64,000 bases of DNA, taken from positions 445,907 through 509,906 of the forward strand of contig JABHDY010000003.1 of NCBI GenBank assembly GCA_018676855.1, given 5' to 3'. The translations under genes and the position numbers were made by a program. This document shows positions 38,608 to 49,041 of this stretch, piece after piece. This DNA comes from Candidatus Woesearchaeota archaeon. Lineage in GTDB: Archaea > Nanobdellota > Nanobdellia > Woesearchaeales > GW2011-AR9. Under the pieces are notes generated by a model. The model saw only the letters and a list, made by a program, of their open reading frames with translations, had not been told where the DNA came from and searched no databases. Within the stretch, counting starts at the first letter, position 1, and every line of letters starts with the position of its first letter.

Positions 38608-39156
38608 TTATTTCTTAACCCAAAATTTAGATTTTATAAATAGGTTATTTGGAACGTAGAGCGTGTCTCCTCTCTCCGTTTTTATTTCTGTTTCTAGATA
38701 TCCAACTTTTTCTACCATGCCTGAAATTTCTTTAATTTCAATATGTTTACCCTCTTTAATTTTTCCTTTTCGTTGTAATAAAAACCATGCAACAAAGTTT
38801 GGAATGATGTCTTTAACACCAACAAGTACAGTAAGGATAATTATCATTAAAACTGCTCCTACAATGATGTATAAAACAATGGATCGTAATCCTAATTGAT
38901 CAAGGAACATAACGATTGTTACTAAATATATTATATAAGATAAAATTGAACTGACCCATTTCGCTAAATCATACCGAATACCTACTTTTGCCATAACGTT
39001 ATTAAGTTCTATTTCATGAAGTATTTTATACAAAACTTTCTTTACAAGAATACCTAACGCAAACCCTATGATAAGAATTGCTACCGCGCCTACAATATTT
39101 GTTAAATACGATTTTGTTGTTTCTACAACGGTATTTACTGTTGTTCCATTCTCCAT
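38608..39156 (-). CDS. Short MscS-family mechanosensitive channel-like protein
   Basis: TM helices plus KDIIPNFVA...G...IEI...GMVEKVG...T.I.T..GD..YVPN; ends after the beta domain. Confidence 0.8.
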   Translation of the reverse strand: MENGTTVNTVVETTKSYLTNIVGAVAILIIGFALGILVKKVLYKILHEIELNNVMAKVGIRYDLAKWVSSILSYIIYLVTIVMFLDQLGLRSIVLYIIVGAVLMIIILTVLVGVKDIIPNFVAWFLLQRKGKIKEGKHIEIKEISGMVEKVGYLETEIKTERGDTLYVPNNLFIKSKFWVKK

Positions 39157-39242
39157 AGCTTGTTTATCTTCGATTTTCTTTTATAAACATTGCGAAAGAT
39201 ACAAGGAAACTCTTAAAAACACCATTTTGTTAATGTTAGGTA

Positions 39243-40340
39243 ATGGTTGACTATTCAGCAAAAATTAAAGATCTTGAGGATGAACTGCGAAAGACAAAGT
39301 ACAATAAAGCAACGCAGGGACATATAGGTATTGTTAAAGCAAAAATAGCGCAACTTAAACAAAAACAAGAATCGCGTTCACAGAAAAAAACTGGTCGATC
39401 AGAACATGGATATTCTGTTCGAAAGTCTGGCGATGCATCCGTTTTATTATTAGGATTTCCTTCTGCGGGAAAGTCAACATTGTTAAATAAATTAACAAAT
39501 GCGGACTCTGAAGTTGGTGCGTACGCGTTTACGACACTTTCCGTTGTTCCAGGTATGATGAATTATAAAGAAGCAAAGATACAAATTCTTGACGTTCCAG
39601 GTATTGTATCTGGTGCAGCGTCTGGTAAGGGTAGAGGAAAAGAAGTTCTTGCAGTTATACAAAATGCTGATATGGTATTAATTGTTGTTGATGTAACACA
39701 TCCAGAACATTATCCTGCAATTCTGAGAGAAGTATGGGAATCGCGTATTAGACTCAATAAAAAGAAACCAGAAGTGTACATTACAAAAAAAGCTCAGGGC
39801 GGCATTCAAATTGGAAAAACTGTTAAACTTGATATTGATGATGAAACCATTAGAAAAGTGTTGAGACAATTTAAAATTGTAAATGCAGATATTCTTATTC
39901 GAAGTCCAATTGACATTGATGGACTGATTGATTGTATTGAAGCAAATCGTAAATATTTGCCTTCTGTTGTGTGCGTTACCAAAAGTGATTTAGTTTCTGT
40001 TTCTAAAGTGTCTAAAGTAAAGAAAGAGTTAAATGCCGATCTTACAGTGTCTGCTGAAGAAGATCTTAATATTACATTATTGAAAGAAAAAATATTTCAA
40101 CATCTTGATTTTATTAGGGTGTATATGAAAGAACCGCGTAAGGAAGCAGACATGAAAGAACCAATGATTATATTTCGTGATGCAACTATTAAAGATATCT
40201 GTGATAAGACTCATAAAGATTTTGCAAAGAAGTTTAAGTTTGCACGTGTGTGGGGAAAATCAGCTAAGTTTCCTGGACAGCGCCTTATGTTAAAACATGT
40301 TATGAAAGATAAAGATATATTAGAAATACATTTGCGATAA
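39243..40340 (+). CDS. DRG-family GTPase with TGS domain
   Basis: TKYNKATQGHIG, GFPSAGKSTLL, YAFTTL, DVPGI, ARVWGKSAKFPGQR. Confidence 0.95.
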   Translation: MVDYSAKIKDLEDELRKTKYNKATQGHIGIVKAKIAQLKQKQESRSQKKTGRSEHGYSVRKSGDASVLLLGFPSAGKSTLLNKLTNADSEVGAYAFTTLSVVPGMMNYKEAKIQILDVPGIVSGAASGKGRGKEVLAVIQNADMVLIVVDVTHPEHYPAILREVWESRIRLNKKKPEVYITKKAQGGIQIGKTVKLDIDDETIRKVLRQFKIVNADILIRSPIDIDGLIDCIEANRKYLPSVVCVTKSDLVSVSKVSKVKKELNADLTVSAEEDLNITLLKEKIFQHLDFIRVYMKEPRKEADMKEPMIIFRDATIKDICDKTHKDFAKKFKFARVWGKSAKFPGQRLMLKHVMKDKDILEIHLR

Positions 40341-40343
40341 GAT

Positions 40344-41231
40344 TTATAATGTGTCCAACCATTCTTTCTTTAACGTAAATCCTTCTGAACGAGCCAATTT
40401 ACTAATTGCTTTATCGAAACAACTGCCGTACTGTGCAGCTTTCTTTTTACGCCATGCAAACTCTCCCAAAAATTCTTCTGCTACTTCACGTAGAATAACT
40501 TTTTTCTTATTATCAACCAATTTCCATTCAGAAGGCAGAGTCATAGAGAATTCAATAAGTTCTTTATCTAAGAATGGGGTATTAATAGTAATGCCTAATT
40601 CCTTTGCCAATGCAAAATCTCGTACCAAATCACGTGACCACATATTTTTCAAACCTGACCAACATTCTTCACAGACATCACTAGCTTTCTCATGCCGTTC
40701 ATATCCTGCAAAGATTTCTTCACTTCCTAACCCACTAAAGAAATGTGTAATTCCATCTTGTAAACCCAGTTCGGCAGCAGCAACTACAACTGAACCGACA
40801 CCAACATTTACAACATCAGTTCTCTCAACTTTTTGTAAGATATTAACAGTTTTTGTAATAATATTTTTCGCTTCTTCTAAATTAAATATTTTGTACTTTA
40901 ATTCAAACCCTAACTTTTCAGCAACACGTTTTGCTTCAACAATATCATCAGGTTCCTTTGTTTCGTCTTGAAACCCTACAGCATAACAGACAAAATTACC
41001 CTTTAACAATTTACATGCAGCAGCAATGAACGTACTGTCAACACCGCCGGAAAAGAAAATTCCAAATTTGTGCGCAGGTAATCTTTTCCTTACAGATGAA
41101 AGTAACAATTCTTGTAATTTAGTTTGTGCTTCTTTTTTAGTACCTGTAAAATTGTTTTGTTTACAACTATCAATAAGTTTGCCCCATTCACGCTTATCTA
41201 TAAGTCCGTTCTTTTCCCATAATTCGTGCAT
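40344..41231 (-). CDS. Asparagine synthase-like C-terminal (synthetase) domain only
   Basis: FSGGVDS PP-loop, SGLGSEEIFAGY, PFLD, WRKKKAAQYGS; no N-terminal Ntn glutaminase domain. Confidence 0.85.
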   Translation of the reverse strand: MHELWEKNGLIDKREWGKLIDSCKQNNFTGTKKEAQTKLQELLLSSVRKRLPAHKFGIFFSGGVDSTFIAAACKLLKGNFVCYAVGFQDETKEPDDIVEAKRVAEKLGFELKYKIFNLEEAKNIITKTVNILQKVERTDVVNVGVGSVVVAAAELGLQDGITHFFSGLGSEEIFAGYERHEKASDVCEECWSGLKNMWSRDLVRDFALAKELGITINTPFLDKELIEFSMTLPSEWKLVDNKKKVILREVAEEFLGEFAWRKKKAAQYGSCFDKAISKLARSEGFTLKKEWLDTL

Positions 41232-41282
41232 ACATTATGGATTTCACATAAATTTATAAAATTATACGTTGAAAACAATAGA

Positions 41283-41954
41283 ATGAAACTTGCAACATTA
41301 TTTACGGGAGGAAAAGATAGTACATATGCTATGTATTTAGCACAGAAACAGGGACATGAAATTACATGTCTCATAACAATACAATCGGAAAATCCTGATT
41401 CGTACATGTTTCACACGCCTGCTATTGAAGTTACGGAACTACAAGCAGAATCAATGAACATGCCACATATTCTTGGCTCAACGGAAGGAGAGAAAGAGAA
41501 AGAACTTGTCGATTTGAAAGAGTTGATAATTGCGGCAAAAAGTAAGTTTGAATTTGAAGGTGTTATTACCGGTGCACTTTTTTCTGAATATCAAAGTAGT
41601 AGAATACAAACAATTTGTGATTCTCTGAATTTGAAATGTATTAATCCCTTATGGCACAAGAAGCAAGAAGATGAAATGCAAGAGTTGTTAGATAAAAAGT
41701 TTGATATTATCTTTACTTCCATTGCTGCTGAAGGTCTTGACAAATCGTGGCTTAATAGAATTATTACACAAGATGATTTAGAAACGTTGAAAGGAAAGGT
41801 TATGGTAAATGTTGCAGGAGAGGGCGGAGAATTTGAATCATTGGTTGTTGATTGTCCTTTATTTGAAAAGAAGATTGTTATAGAAGAGTTTGAAATTAAT
41901 GAAGAAAGTGAGAATACTGCTCGGATGATTATTACGAAGGCGAGGTTGGAATGA
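41283..41954 (+). CDS. dph6: Diphthine--ammonia ligase (Dph6)
   Basis: LFTGGKDS, SYMFHTP, GALFSEYQ, PLWH, GEGGEFESLVVDCPLF. Confidence 0.92.
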   Translation: MKLATLFTGGKDSTYAMYLAQKQGHEITCLITIQSENPDSYMFHTPAIEVTELQAESMNMPHILGSTEGEKEKELVDLKELIIAAKSKFEFEGVITGALFSEYQSSRIQTICDSLNLKCINPLWHKKQEDEMQELLDKKFDIIFTSIAAEGLDKSWLNRIITQDDLETLKGKVMVNVAGEGGEFESLVVDCPLFEKKIVIEEFEINEESENTARMIITKARLE

Positions 41955-42349
41955 CAACAGTAATGTGCTTTGGAACGTTTGACGTTCTTCATCTTGGTCA
42001 TATAAATTATTTCCAGCAGGCAAAGGAATTAGGAGATACGCTAATTGTTGTAGTGGCAAGGGATACAACAAAAGAGAATCTTAAGAAAGAAATTGTATTC
42101 TCTGAAGAAGAGAGGCTCCAATTGGTACAGAATATAAGTATTGTTGACAACACAGTTTTAGGTAATACAAAAGATCATTTGAAAGTTATTGAGGAACATA
42201 AACCAGACATTTTATGTTTAGGGTATGATCAAGATGTTACAAAAACTGTATTACAAGAAGAATTACTGAAACGCCATTTATATCCTAAAATTCTAAGAAT
42301 GAAACCATATAAAGAAACTAAATATAAAAGTTCATTAATAAAAAAATAA
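41951..42349 (+). CDS. ribL: FAD synthase-like nucleotidyltransferase
   Basis: FGTFDVLHLGH, VVVARD, PDILCLGYDQ, KSSLIK. Confidence 0.85.
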   Translation: MTTVMCFGTFDVLHLGHINYFQQAKELGDTLIVVVARDTTKENLKKEIVFSEEERLQLVQNISIVDNTVLGNTKDHLKVIEEHKPDILCLGYDQDVTKTVLQEELLKRHLYPKILRMKPYKETKYKSSLIKK

Positions 42350-42369
42350 AAATAAAAATAAATTAAAAG

Positions 42370-43179
42370 TTAGTTTAACGCTGCTTCTATTACTTGTTCA
42401 AACGCTGAAAATGGTTGTGCACCACTTACCATAACACCGTTTATGAAGAATGCAGGAGTTCCCTGTACGCCTGCTCTTTGTCCATCAAGGAAATCTTGTT
42501 GAACTTCAGACGCCATTGCTCCTGAGTCTAAACATGTGTTAAATTCTGCAGTGTTCAATCCAATGTCTGATGCAAATTGTTTAAATGACGTTACGCCACC
42601 TTCAACACCGCTATCAAACAATGTGTCGTGCATTTCATAGTATTTTCCCTGTTCACCTGCACATTCAGCTGCTTCTGCCGCTTTTTGTGCTTGCTGATGA
42701 AAACTTAATGGAAAATCTCTGAAAATGTATTTCACTTTTCCAGTATCGATATACTTTTCAACAATTTGTGGATATGTTTGTACAACATACCTTGCACAGA
42801 ACGGACATTCATAATCGCTAAATTCAACGATTGTTACTGGAGCATCACTATCTCCTTTTACTGAATCGTCGTCAACAAGCGAATCCATATCAACTGTTGG
42901 TGCCGGTGGCTGAGCTGAAGGTACATCTGGCGCTATAGGAATAGCAACATCATTTCCTGAAATTCCGCCAAGACCATTTAATTGAAATGCTATTATAACA
43001 AGAAGTATTACTTGGATAGCAGCAACAAACAAAAGTTGTCGTAATGTTTTGTATACTTTTGATTGACTTTTTGGTGCAGATTCTTTTCGCGGTTCTTTAT
43101 GTTCATGTTGTTTTTTGTGTTCTGTATGTTCATGATCATTATTGTCTTCTTTATGATCTTCTTTATGATATTCTGTCAT
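42370..43179 (-). CDS. Membrane-anchored DsbA-family thiol-disulfide oxidoreductase
   Basis: GDSDAPVTIVEFSDYECPFC, GVQGTPAFFING, GAQPF; His/Lys/Glu-rich N-terminus. Confidence 0.92.
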   Translation of the reverse strand: MTEYHKEDHKEDNNDHEHTEHKKQHEHKEPRKESAPKSQSKVYKTLRQLLFVAAIQVILLVIIAFQLNGLGGISGNDVAIPIAPDVPSAQPPAPTVDMDSLVDDDSVKGDSDAPVTIVEFSDYECPFCARYVVQTYPQIVEKYIDTGKVKYIFRDFPLSFHQQAQKAAEAAECAGEQGKYYEMHDTLFDSGVEGGVTSFKQFASDIGLNTAEFNTCLDSGAMASEVQQDFLDGQRAGVQGTPAFFINGVMVSGAQPFSAFEQVIEAALN

Positions 43180-43293
43180 GGATTACCCACCTCACTACGA
43201 ATACAAAAACATCTTTTATATATACATTGTGGTAATTTGGTCGTAAATCAAATAATCGAAATGTTTATAATGGGTATGTGTTCGTAATTTTTC

Positions 43294-44022
43294 ATGGTTC
43301 CAGCAATCTTGATTAAAAATCTTACAAAAAGATATTCTGACACAAACGTTGTTGATAATATCTCCCTTTCTATAAAAGGGGGCGAATTCTTTGGGTTATT
43401 GGGACCAAATGGTGCTGGAAAAACAACAATGATTGGAATCTTAACAGGTCTTGTTAACAAAACAGACGGAAAGGTTCAATTATTTGGAAAAGATGTTGAA
43501 AAAGATTATACAGAAGCTCGTTCATTAATAGGGTTGGTCCCTCAAGAATTCAATTTTGACATTTTTGAAAAAGTGTACAATTTACTCTATTTTAACGCAG
43601 GTTATTTTGGCATTCCTAAAAAAGATCGTAGGCCACGTATTAAAGAATTGTTAACTGCACTTAACCTCTGGGAGAAAAGGAACGTACCAATGAGAACACT
43701 TTCTGGAGGAATGAAACGAAAAGTTATGATTGCTCGTGCACTGATTCATAACCCAAAAATTCTTATTTTGGATGAACCAACAGCAGGCGTAGATGTTGAA
43801 ACGCGCAAAATGATGTGGCAATATTTTAAAGAAATCAATAAACAGGGAACAACAATCATATTGACTACTCATTATTTAGAAGAAGCAGAATTTCTTTGCG
43901 AACGGGTCGGTATCATAAACAAAGGAATAATGGTAAAACTTGACACTACACAAAACCTATTACAATTTCATGGAAAAGACGCAAAATTAGAAGATGTCTT
44001 TATTCATCTTACAACACAATGA
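43294..44022 (+). CDS. ABC-2 type transporter ATP-binding protein (YadG-like)
   Basis: GPNGAGKTT, LSGGMKR, LDEPTAGVD, TTHYLEEAE. Confidence 0.95.
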   Translation: MVPAILIKNLTKRYSDTNVVDNISLSIKGGEFFGLLGPNGAGKTTMIGILTGLVNKTDGKVQLFGKDVEKDYTEARSLIGLVPQEFNFDIFEKVYNLLYFNAGYFGIPKKDRRPRIKELLTALNLWEKRNVPMRTLSGGMKRKVMIARALIHNPKILILDEPTAGVDVETRKMMWQYFKEINKQGTTIILTTHYLEEAEFLCERVGIINKGIMVKLDTTQNLLQFHGKDAKLEDVFIHLTTQ

Positions 44023-44786
44023 CTTCAAACTTTATTGCACTTTGGACAATAACACGCCGCGAAATTACGCGCGTGTTACGAATATGGACACAGTCGTTAA
44101 TTCCTCCCATTTTAACTTCTACATTATTCATTTTAATTTTTGGATATTCATTAGGGTCTCGAATTACCGATATTGTAGGTGTAACGTATTTAGAATTTAT
44201 TATTCCCGGTTTGTTGATGATGGGTGTTATCATGAGTGCATACGCAGCAACATCATTTTCATTATTTATACAAAAGTTTCATGGAAGTATTCAAGAATTA
44301 CTTGTTGCACCCGTTTCATATTGGCAAATTATTATGGGATTAACAGTAGGGGCACTTATTCGCGCAGGATTAGTGGGTCTTGGAATTATTCTTATTAGTT
44401 TCTTGTTAACGCCTATCACGATTCATAACGTTTTCATTATCATTTTCTTTGTTATCATGACCGCATTACTATTTGCATTTGCTGGTATTGCAACAGCTTT
44501 GTGGGCAGACAATTTTGACCATATGAGCGTTTTCTCAACGTTCTTAATTACTCCTCTAACATATTTGGGAGGCGTTTTTTATTCTATCACTATGTTACCT
44601 CCTGTCTGGCAGACAGTGGCAAGATTCAATCCAATTTTATACATGGTAGACGGTTTCCGCTACGGATTTATTGGTGTTAGTGATATTCCCATTATATATT
44701 CAATATTACTTGTTCTTGGACTAACACTGTTCTTTTTCTTTTTATGTATCTATTTATTCAAGATCGGATACAAATTAAGAAATTAG
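44019..44786 (+). CDS. ABC-2 type transporter permease (YadH-like)
   Basis: REITRVLRIWTQSLIPP, FIIPGL, NPILYMVDGFRYG; overlaps the ATPase stop. Confidence 0.92.
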   Translation: MTSNFIALWTITRREITRVLRIWTQSLIPPILTSTLFILIFGYSLGSRITDIVGVTYLEFIIPGLLMMGVIMSAYAATSFSLFIQKFHGSIQELLVAPVSYWQIIMGLTVGALIRAGLVGLGIILISFLLTPITIHNVFIIIFFVIMTALLFAFAGIATALWADNFDHMSVFSTFLITPLTYLGGVFYSITMLPPVWQTVARFNPILYMVDGFRYGFIGVSDIPIIYSILLVLGLTLFFFFLCIYLFKIGYKLRN

Positions 44787-44798
44787 AAAAAAACGAAT

Positions 44799-45065
44799 TT
44801 ATTCTTTCCTTTTATAATATAATAAGAAAATAATGATATAAATTTCTGCCGTTATTATTCCTAACAAATATTTGAATATTAACGGTGGTTGAGTTATCAA
44901 ATATGCATAAATTAACGCAATAACGTTTGCTATAAGATATGTCACAAATAATAATAAACTAACTCCTTTCGTATCTTTTACTTTAATTGTTTTCACAATC
45001 TGTGGAATTAACATTATAGAAAATAAAATTGTTGCAATCCATCCTAATACTTGTGTAAAGTCCAT
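44799..45065 (-). CDS. PQ-loop / SemiSWEET-like transporter
   Basis: 88 aa, three TM helices, IPQIVKTIKVKDTKGVS. Confidence 0.85.
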   Translation of the reverse strand: MDFTQVLGWIATILFSIMLIPQIVKTIKVKDTKGVSLLLFVTYLIANVIALIYAYLITQPPLIFKYLLGIITAEIYIIIFLLYYKRKE

Positions 45066-45090
45066 TTTGTATAATAAGAAAACTCACTTT

Positions 45091-45837
45091 CTAATCATTA
45101 TCTACACGTGGAGCAAGTATGAAACTTAGTAGAACTCTATCTGTAACTTTATACTCTAACTTCATCGGGTAATCAGTATTAAAATGCAGATAAACTTTAT
45201 CTGAAAGTTTTCCACCAGATATCATCTTTTTAAGATATTCTAAGGAATATTTAGCTTTAAAACTCTCATCAGATTCTGCCGTTATTGTTGTTCTATCGTC
45301 CGGTTTAATTTCAATGAATGCTTTTGATAAGTCACCTTCTGCTTTAACAGAAATCTGATTTTTTTGTCCAAGGAATGTAACTGATTCTGCTACGACACTA
45401 ACATCTTCTATCGCTTCTGCAAGAGTTGTAGAGTCCGTTTTAACACTGATAGGAAATGTTAAGTCTGGAACACGCTGTTCTTTATTTTCTATTTCTAATG
45501 TTGGAATGGAAAATGATCGTGTCGTGTTACTTTTTAATTGAATTTTTAATTTGTTATCTTCAGTCGTTTCAAGTGTTAAAATATCGTCACTTTTAGCTCT
45601 TCGAAGGATTTGTTTCAAATTTGCAAGGTTTATAGCAATCTCCTCTTCTTTCTCTACATTATATTCAGTGAAACAGCTACTAAACAGTTCAAAATTCACC
45701 ATGGCAACATTTGCAGGGTCCATAGCAACAAGTTTTAAACCATTCTTTCCCACTTTAAATGTTGCTTCTGTTACTAACTCAGAAACTATAGAAATACTAT
45801 CTTTAAAATATCGTGGTTCAGCTAAGACTAATTTCAT
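45091..45837 (-). CDS. pcn: PCNA sliding clamp
   Basis: AMDPANVAMV, KYSLEYLKKM, DYPMKLEY, FILAPRV. Confidence 0.97.
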   Translation of the reverse strand: MKLVLAEPRYFKDSISIVSELVTEATFKVGKNGLKLVAMDPANVAMVNFELFSSCFTEYNVEKEEEIAINLANLKQILRRAKSDDILTLETTEDNKLKIQLKSNTTRSFSIPTLEIENKEQRVPDLTFPISVKTDSTTLAEAIEDVSVVAESVTFLGQKNQISVKAEGDLSKAFIEIKPDDRTTITAESDESFKAKYSLEYLKKMISGGKLSDKVYLHFNTDYPMKLEYKVTDRVLLSFILAPRVDND

Positions 45838-45957
45838 TGTATTGTACCCCTCACACCATATTCAGAGCTGAATTTCTTTATAAGATTTATTGTTATGAAG
45901 TAGTATTGAATTGAAATTAGGGTTAAATTTAAAAATGGAAATAGAATTTTTTATGTT

Positions 45958-46332
45958 ATGGATTTAGAATCATGTACATATAGGACATATGAAGGGCCAC
46001 GAGAGGGTAAATCTAATTTATGTGCAATTACAAGAAAACGGGATTTGGCTCAAAAAAATCTGAGAGAAACTGTTGAGATTTATATTGCTGGACGATGTGA
46101 AAGTTGTGATTCAACTAATGGTACTCTTGTTTTTAGAGTAGACAACTTTTCAGACATTTTACGTGACGTGGGCATTCCTAAAAGAAGAATTATACAAGGA
46201 CTTCACGAAATTGCTGATAAAGGATATGTTCCCCTTAGTGCTCTTACTGGTTCACTTAATGCAGAAAAATTACAGATAGTAGAACAATATGTTTCATCAA
46301 AACAAGAATCAAAACAAAAAGGGCCTAAATAA
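45958..46332 (+). CDS. Hypothetical protein
   Basis: 124-aa ORF filling the gap between pcn and rnj; TTTAAAAA box upstream; one CxxC. Confidence 0.6.
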   Translation: MDLESCTYRTYEGPREGKSNLCAITRKRDLAQKNLRETVEIYIAGRCESCDSTNGTLVFRVDNFSDILRDVGIPKRRIIQGLHEIADKGYVPLSALTGSLNAEKLQIVEQYVSSKQESKQKGPK

Positions 46333-47656
46333 CAATTCTTTTCCCATCAACCATAATATGTGTCTTTTTAAAACCAAGTTGGGCAGCCAATTCTTTCAAC
46401 ATTTCAGCTTTTTCTTTCCCGGCATGAGACGGAATGATATTTTTTGGTCGTACCAATTCAAGTAAGTCTCTATGATCTTCCCGTGCACCATGACCAGAAA
46501 CGTGAACATCAGTAAATATTCGTACATTTTTATTTCTTAGGTTCTGTTCAAGCCGGCCCCTATTTTCCTTATTCAGTTCAACGGGAATTACTGAACAGCT
46601 AAACGTGACAATGTCACCAGATTCAAAACGGAACGATTCATGTCCTTTTGCTAATCGTGAGAGAATTGCTTTCGGTTCACCCTGGTGGCCCGTACATACA
46701 ATAAGATACTTTTCTTTTCCTTCTTTCATTATCTTATGTAACATTTTATCAATCTTGTCTCTATATCCAATAAGTTTAACATCCTTTTCAAAATTGACAA
46801 GTTCAATGTTTTGTGCAGCAGTAACGTACTTAGATAATGATCTTCCAAGGAAAACAATTTTCCTGTTTAACTTTTTGCCCATTTCAATAATACTTTTTAA
46901 TCGTGCAATGTGCGACGAAAATGTAGTTACAATCATTCCCTTTCCTTCAGATTGAACGCCAAGAAGAACATCTTTTAACATTTGTTTTGCAACAGATTCT
47001 GACGGCATTTTTCTATGTTCATGTGCATATAAACATTCCATGATAAGTAACGAAATTCCTTTATCACCTAATTCTTTTAATCGTTCAAAATTCGGTTTTT
47101 TTCCAAGTGTTGGTTGCCTATCAAACTTATAATCGTTGGCGTACATAACGCTACCTTCTGGCGTGTGAAGAATAATTAGTGTTGCGTGAGGTATTGAATG
47201 CGTAACATTAACAAATTCAACTGTAAAGTTTTTTGATAATTTATATGTTGAATTAACATTCATGGGTATAATCTTGTTTGAGATGGAAAGTTTTTCATCA
47301 TGCGTTATCGCTTTTAACACTTCTGCAGTATATGGTGTACATACAATGGTTGCGTCTGGAAATAAGGGTGCAGCGTACGGAATTGCGCCTATATGGTCAA
47401 GATGTGCATGACTTGGAACTATTCCTACAACATTTTTTGTCCAATCTTTGATAAGTGTATAATCTGGAACTGCATCAGCTTTCAAAAGTTCTTTATACGT
47501 TTTAGAACGAATATCTTCTCTATCTTCTGTATAATGGATATATTTCTCCATATTGAGGCCCATATCCAAGATAACAACTTCGTCTCCTACTTTAACAGCA
47601 ACGGAGTTTCCACCCGTTTTTGTAAATCCTCCTACTGTACATACTTCTATTGGCAT
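46325..47656 (-). CDS. rnj: Ribonuclease J (beta-CASP)
   Basis: SHAHLDHIGA, HSIPH, TTFSSHIARL, TGHQGEP, HVSGH. Confidence 0.93.
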   Translation of the reverse strand: MPIEVCTVGGFTKTGGNSVAVKVGDEVVILDMGLNMEKYIHYTEDREDIRSKTYKELLKADAVPDYTLIKDWTKNVVGIVPSHAHLDHIGAIPYAAPLFPDATIVCTPYTAEVLKAITHDEKLSISNKIIPMNVNSTYKLSKNFTVEFVNVTHSIPHATLIILHTPEGSVMYANDYKFDRQPTLGKKPNFERLKELGDKGISLLIMECLYAHEHRKMPSESVAKQMLKDVLLGVQSEGKGMIVTTFSSHIARLKSIIEMGKKLNRKIVFLGRSLSKYVTAAQNIELVNFEKDVKLIGYRDKIDKMLHKIMKEGKEKYLIVCTGHQGEPKAILSRLAKGHESFRFESGDIVTFSCSVIPVELNKENRGRLEQNLRNKNVRIFTDVHVSGHGAREDHRDLLELVRPKNIIPSHAGKEKAEMLKELAAQLGFKKTHIMVDGKRIVI

Positions 47657-47704
47657 ACGTGTATGAATTTATGTATGTTTAAAAATGTTTTGAGAAAATG
47701 AAAG

Positions 47705-47808
47705 TGCGGACGGCAGGGCTCGAACCTGCGTAGGTACTAAACCAATGGATTTTGAGTCCATCCCGTTAAGTCCACAATTATTGTGTTTGACCACTCCGGC
47801 ACGTCCGC
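47705..47808 (-). tRNA. tRNA-Leu(CAA) with a 20-nt intron at position 21/22 (47767-47786)
   Basis: Acceptor GCGGACG/CGTCCGC+A; anticodon arm ATGGA-CT CAA AA-TCCAT; long variable arm; T arm GCAGG-TTCGAGC-CCTGC; BHB-type motif GGTC/GACT with AAA and TAA bulges. Confidence 0.92.
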
Positions 47809-47879
47809 GAACTATAAAATACATTTTCCTTACTATTTTATAAAACTAACTGAATATTTATAAATAAAAAAGTATTCAT

Positions 47880-48899
47880 ATGGTTGAGATGAAACGGTTC
47901 CTATTAATTATAGTATTTACATTCATTTTTATGTTTACTTTAGTGCAAGCACAGATTGATACGACATTTACGTTTACGTCTCCCGATAACGAAGATTTTA
48001 CTGGTTACTTTGCAACAATTCTATTAGACGATGCTGTACAAAAAGTTGTATTAGACAATTCAGAATATACTCTTGCATTAATTGATGGACAATATACTAC
48101 AGATATAATACTTGACTCATTTGACACTCCAACTCCTGACTATTACGGTTCAAAGAGTATTACTGTTCCTTCTGACACATCAATTCCTTTCTTTGTATAT
48201 CCAATAGGATATTTACAGGGAACTGTTGTTGATACAAATGGTAATCTTGTACCAAGTGCACGAATTCAGTTTACATGTTACTCATCAATAGCTGTTGAAT
48301 ATCCACATACTTCTGACGCTGCAGGGTTCTTTACCGTTCCACACATTCCTGTTGGCCGATGTACAATTATTGCGTCTGCTCGCAATGTTGCAGGAAAATC
48401 AGATGTAGAGATTCGTCGTGGTGAAGATACGTCTGTTGAAATTGTTCTTGGACAAACTATAGATTCTTCATATTCCATGTTTAAAATTATTTTATGGGGA
48501 TTTATCGTTCTTGCTGTTATTATTGTCCTTATCTCTTCTTTAGTAAGGCGTAACGTTCAGAAACGAAAGATAGTGTCTCACCACGAAAAAAAGATACAAG
48601 AAAGAAAACGAGAAAATCAACAAGAAGATCAAGAAAAACTAGAAGAAAAACATACTATTTCAAAACAAACCCAAGCACTACTTCAAACATTGTCAGAAAA
48701 GGAACATAAAGTAGTGACGTTCTTAATGAATCATGGTAATGAAGGATCACAAGCACAAATACGGCACGCGACACATATCCCTCGAACGAGCATGGCGCGT
48801 ATACTTCAAACGTTAGAACGGAAAAAGATAGTTCAAATTGAGAAACAGGGTAAAATGGTTCGTGTTGAACTAACAGAACTCTTTCTTGGTAAGAAATAA
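47880..48899 (+). CDS. Membrane-anchored winged-helix regulator with extracellular beta-sandwich domains
   Basis: Signal peptide; GYLQGTVVDTNGNLVPSARI carboxypeptidase-regulatory-like domain; TM helix; wHTH LSEKEHKVV...SQAQIRHATHIPRTSMARILQTLERKKIV. Confidence 0.85.
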   Translation: MVEMKRFLLIIVFTFIFMFTLVQAQIDTTFTFTSPDNEDFTGYFATILLDDAVQKVVLDNSEYTLALIDGQYTTDIILDSFDTPTPDYYGSKSITVPSDTSIPFFVYPIGYLQGTVVDTNGNLVPSARIQFTCYSSIAVEYPHTSDAAGFFTVPHIPVGRCTIIASARNVAGKSDVEIRRGEDTSVEIVLGQTIDSSYSMFKIILWGFIVLAVIIVLISSLVRRNVQKRKIVSHHEKKIQERKRENQQEDQEKLEEKHTISKQTQALLQTLSEKEHKVVTFLMNHGNEGSQAQIRHATHIPRTSMARILQTLERKKIVQIEKQGKMVRVELTELFLGKK

Positions 48900-49041
48900 A
48901 TTTTGGGCACTTTTTCTATATTCATTATTTGTTTGGACACAAATTTTGGTTCTAATTAAGACATTTACCCTCTCAATGTATATATATTAGTATGCCTTTT
49001 AGGGTAGTATGAGAAACATAAAATTACACGAGGTAATAAAA

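Noticed and set aside
40351-40971. 206-aa + strand ORF
   Set aside because: Antisense shadow of the asparagine-synthase-like gene
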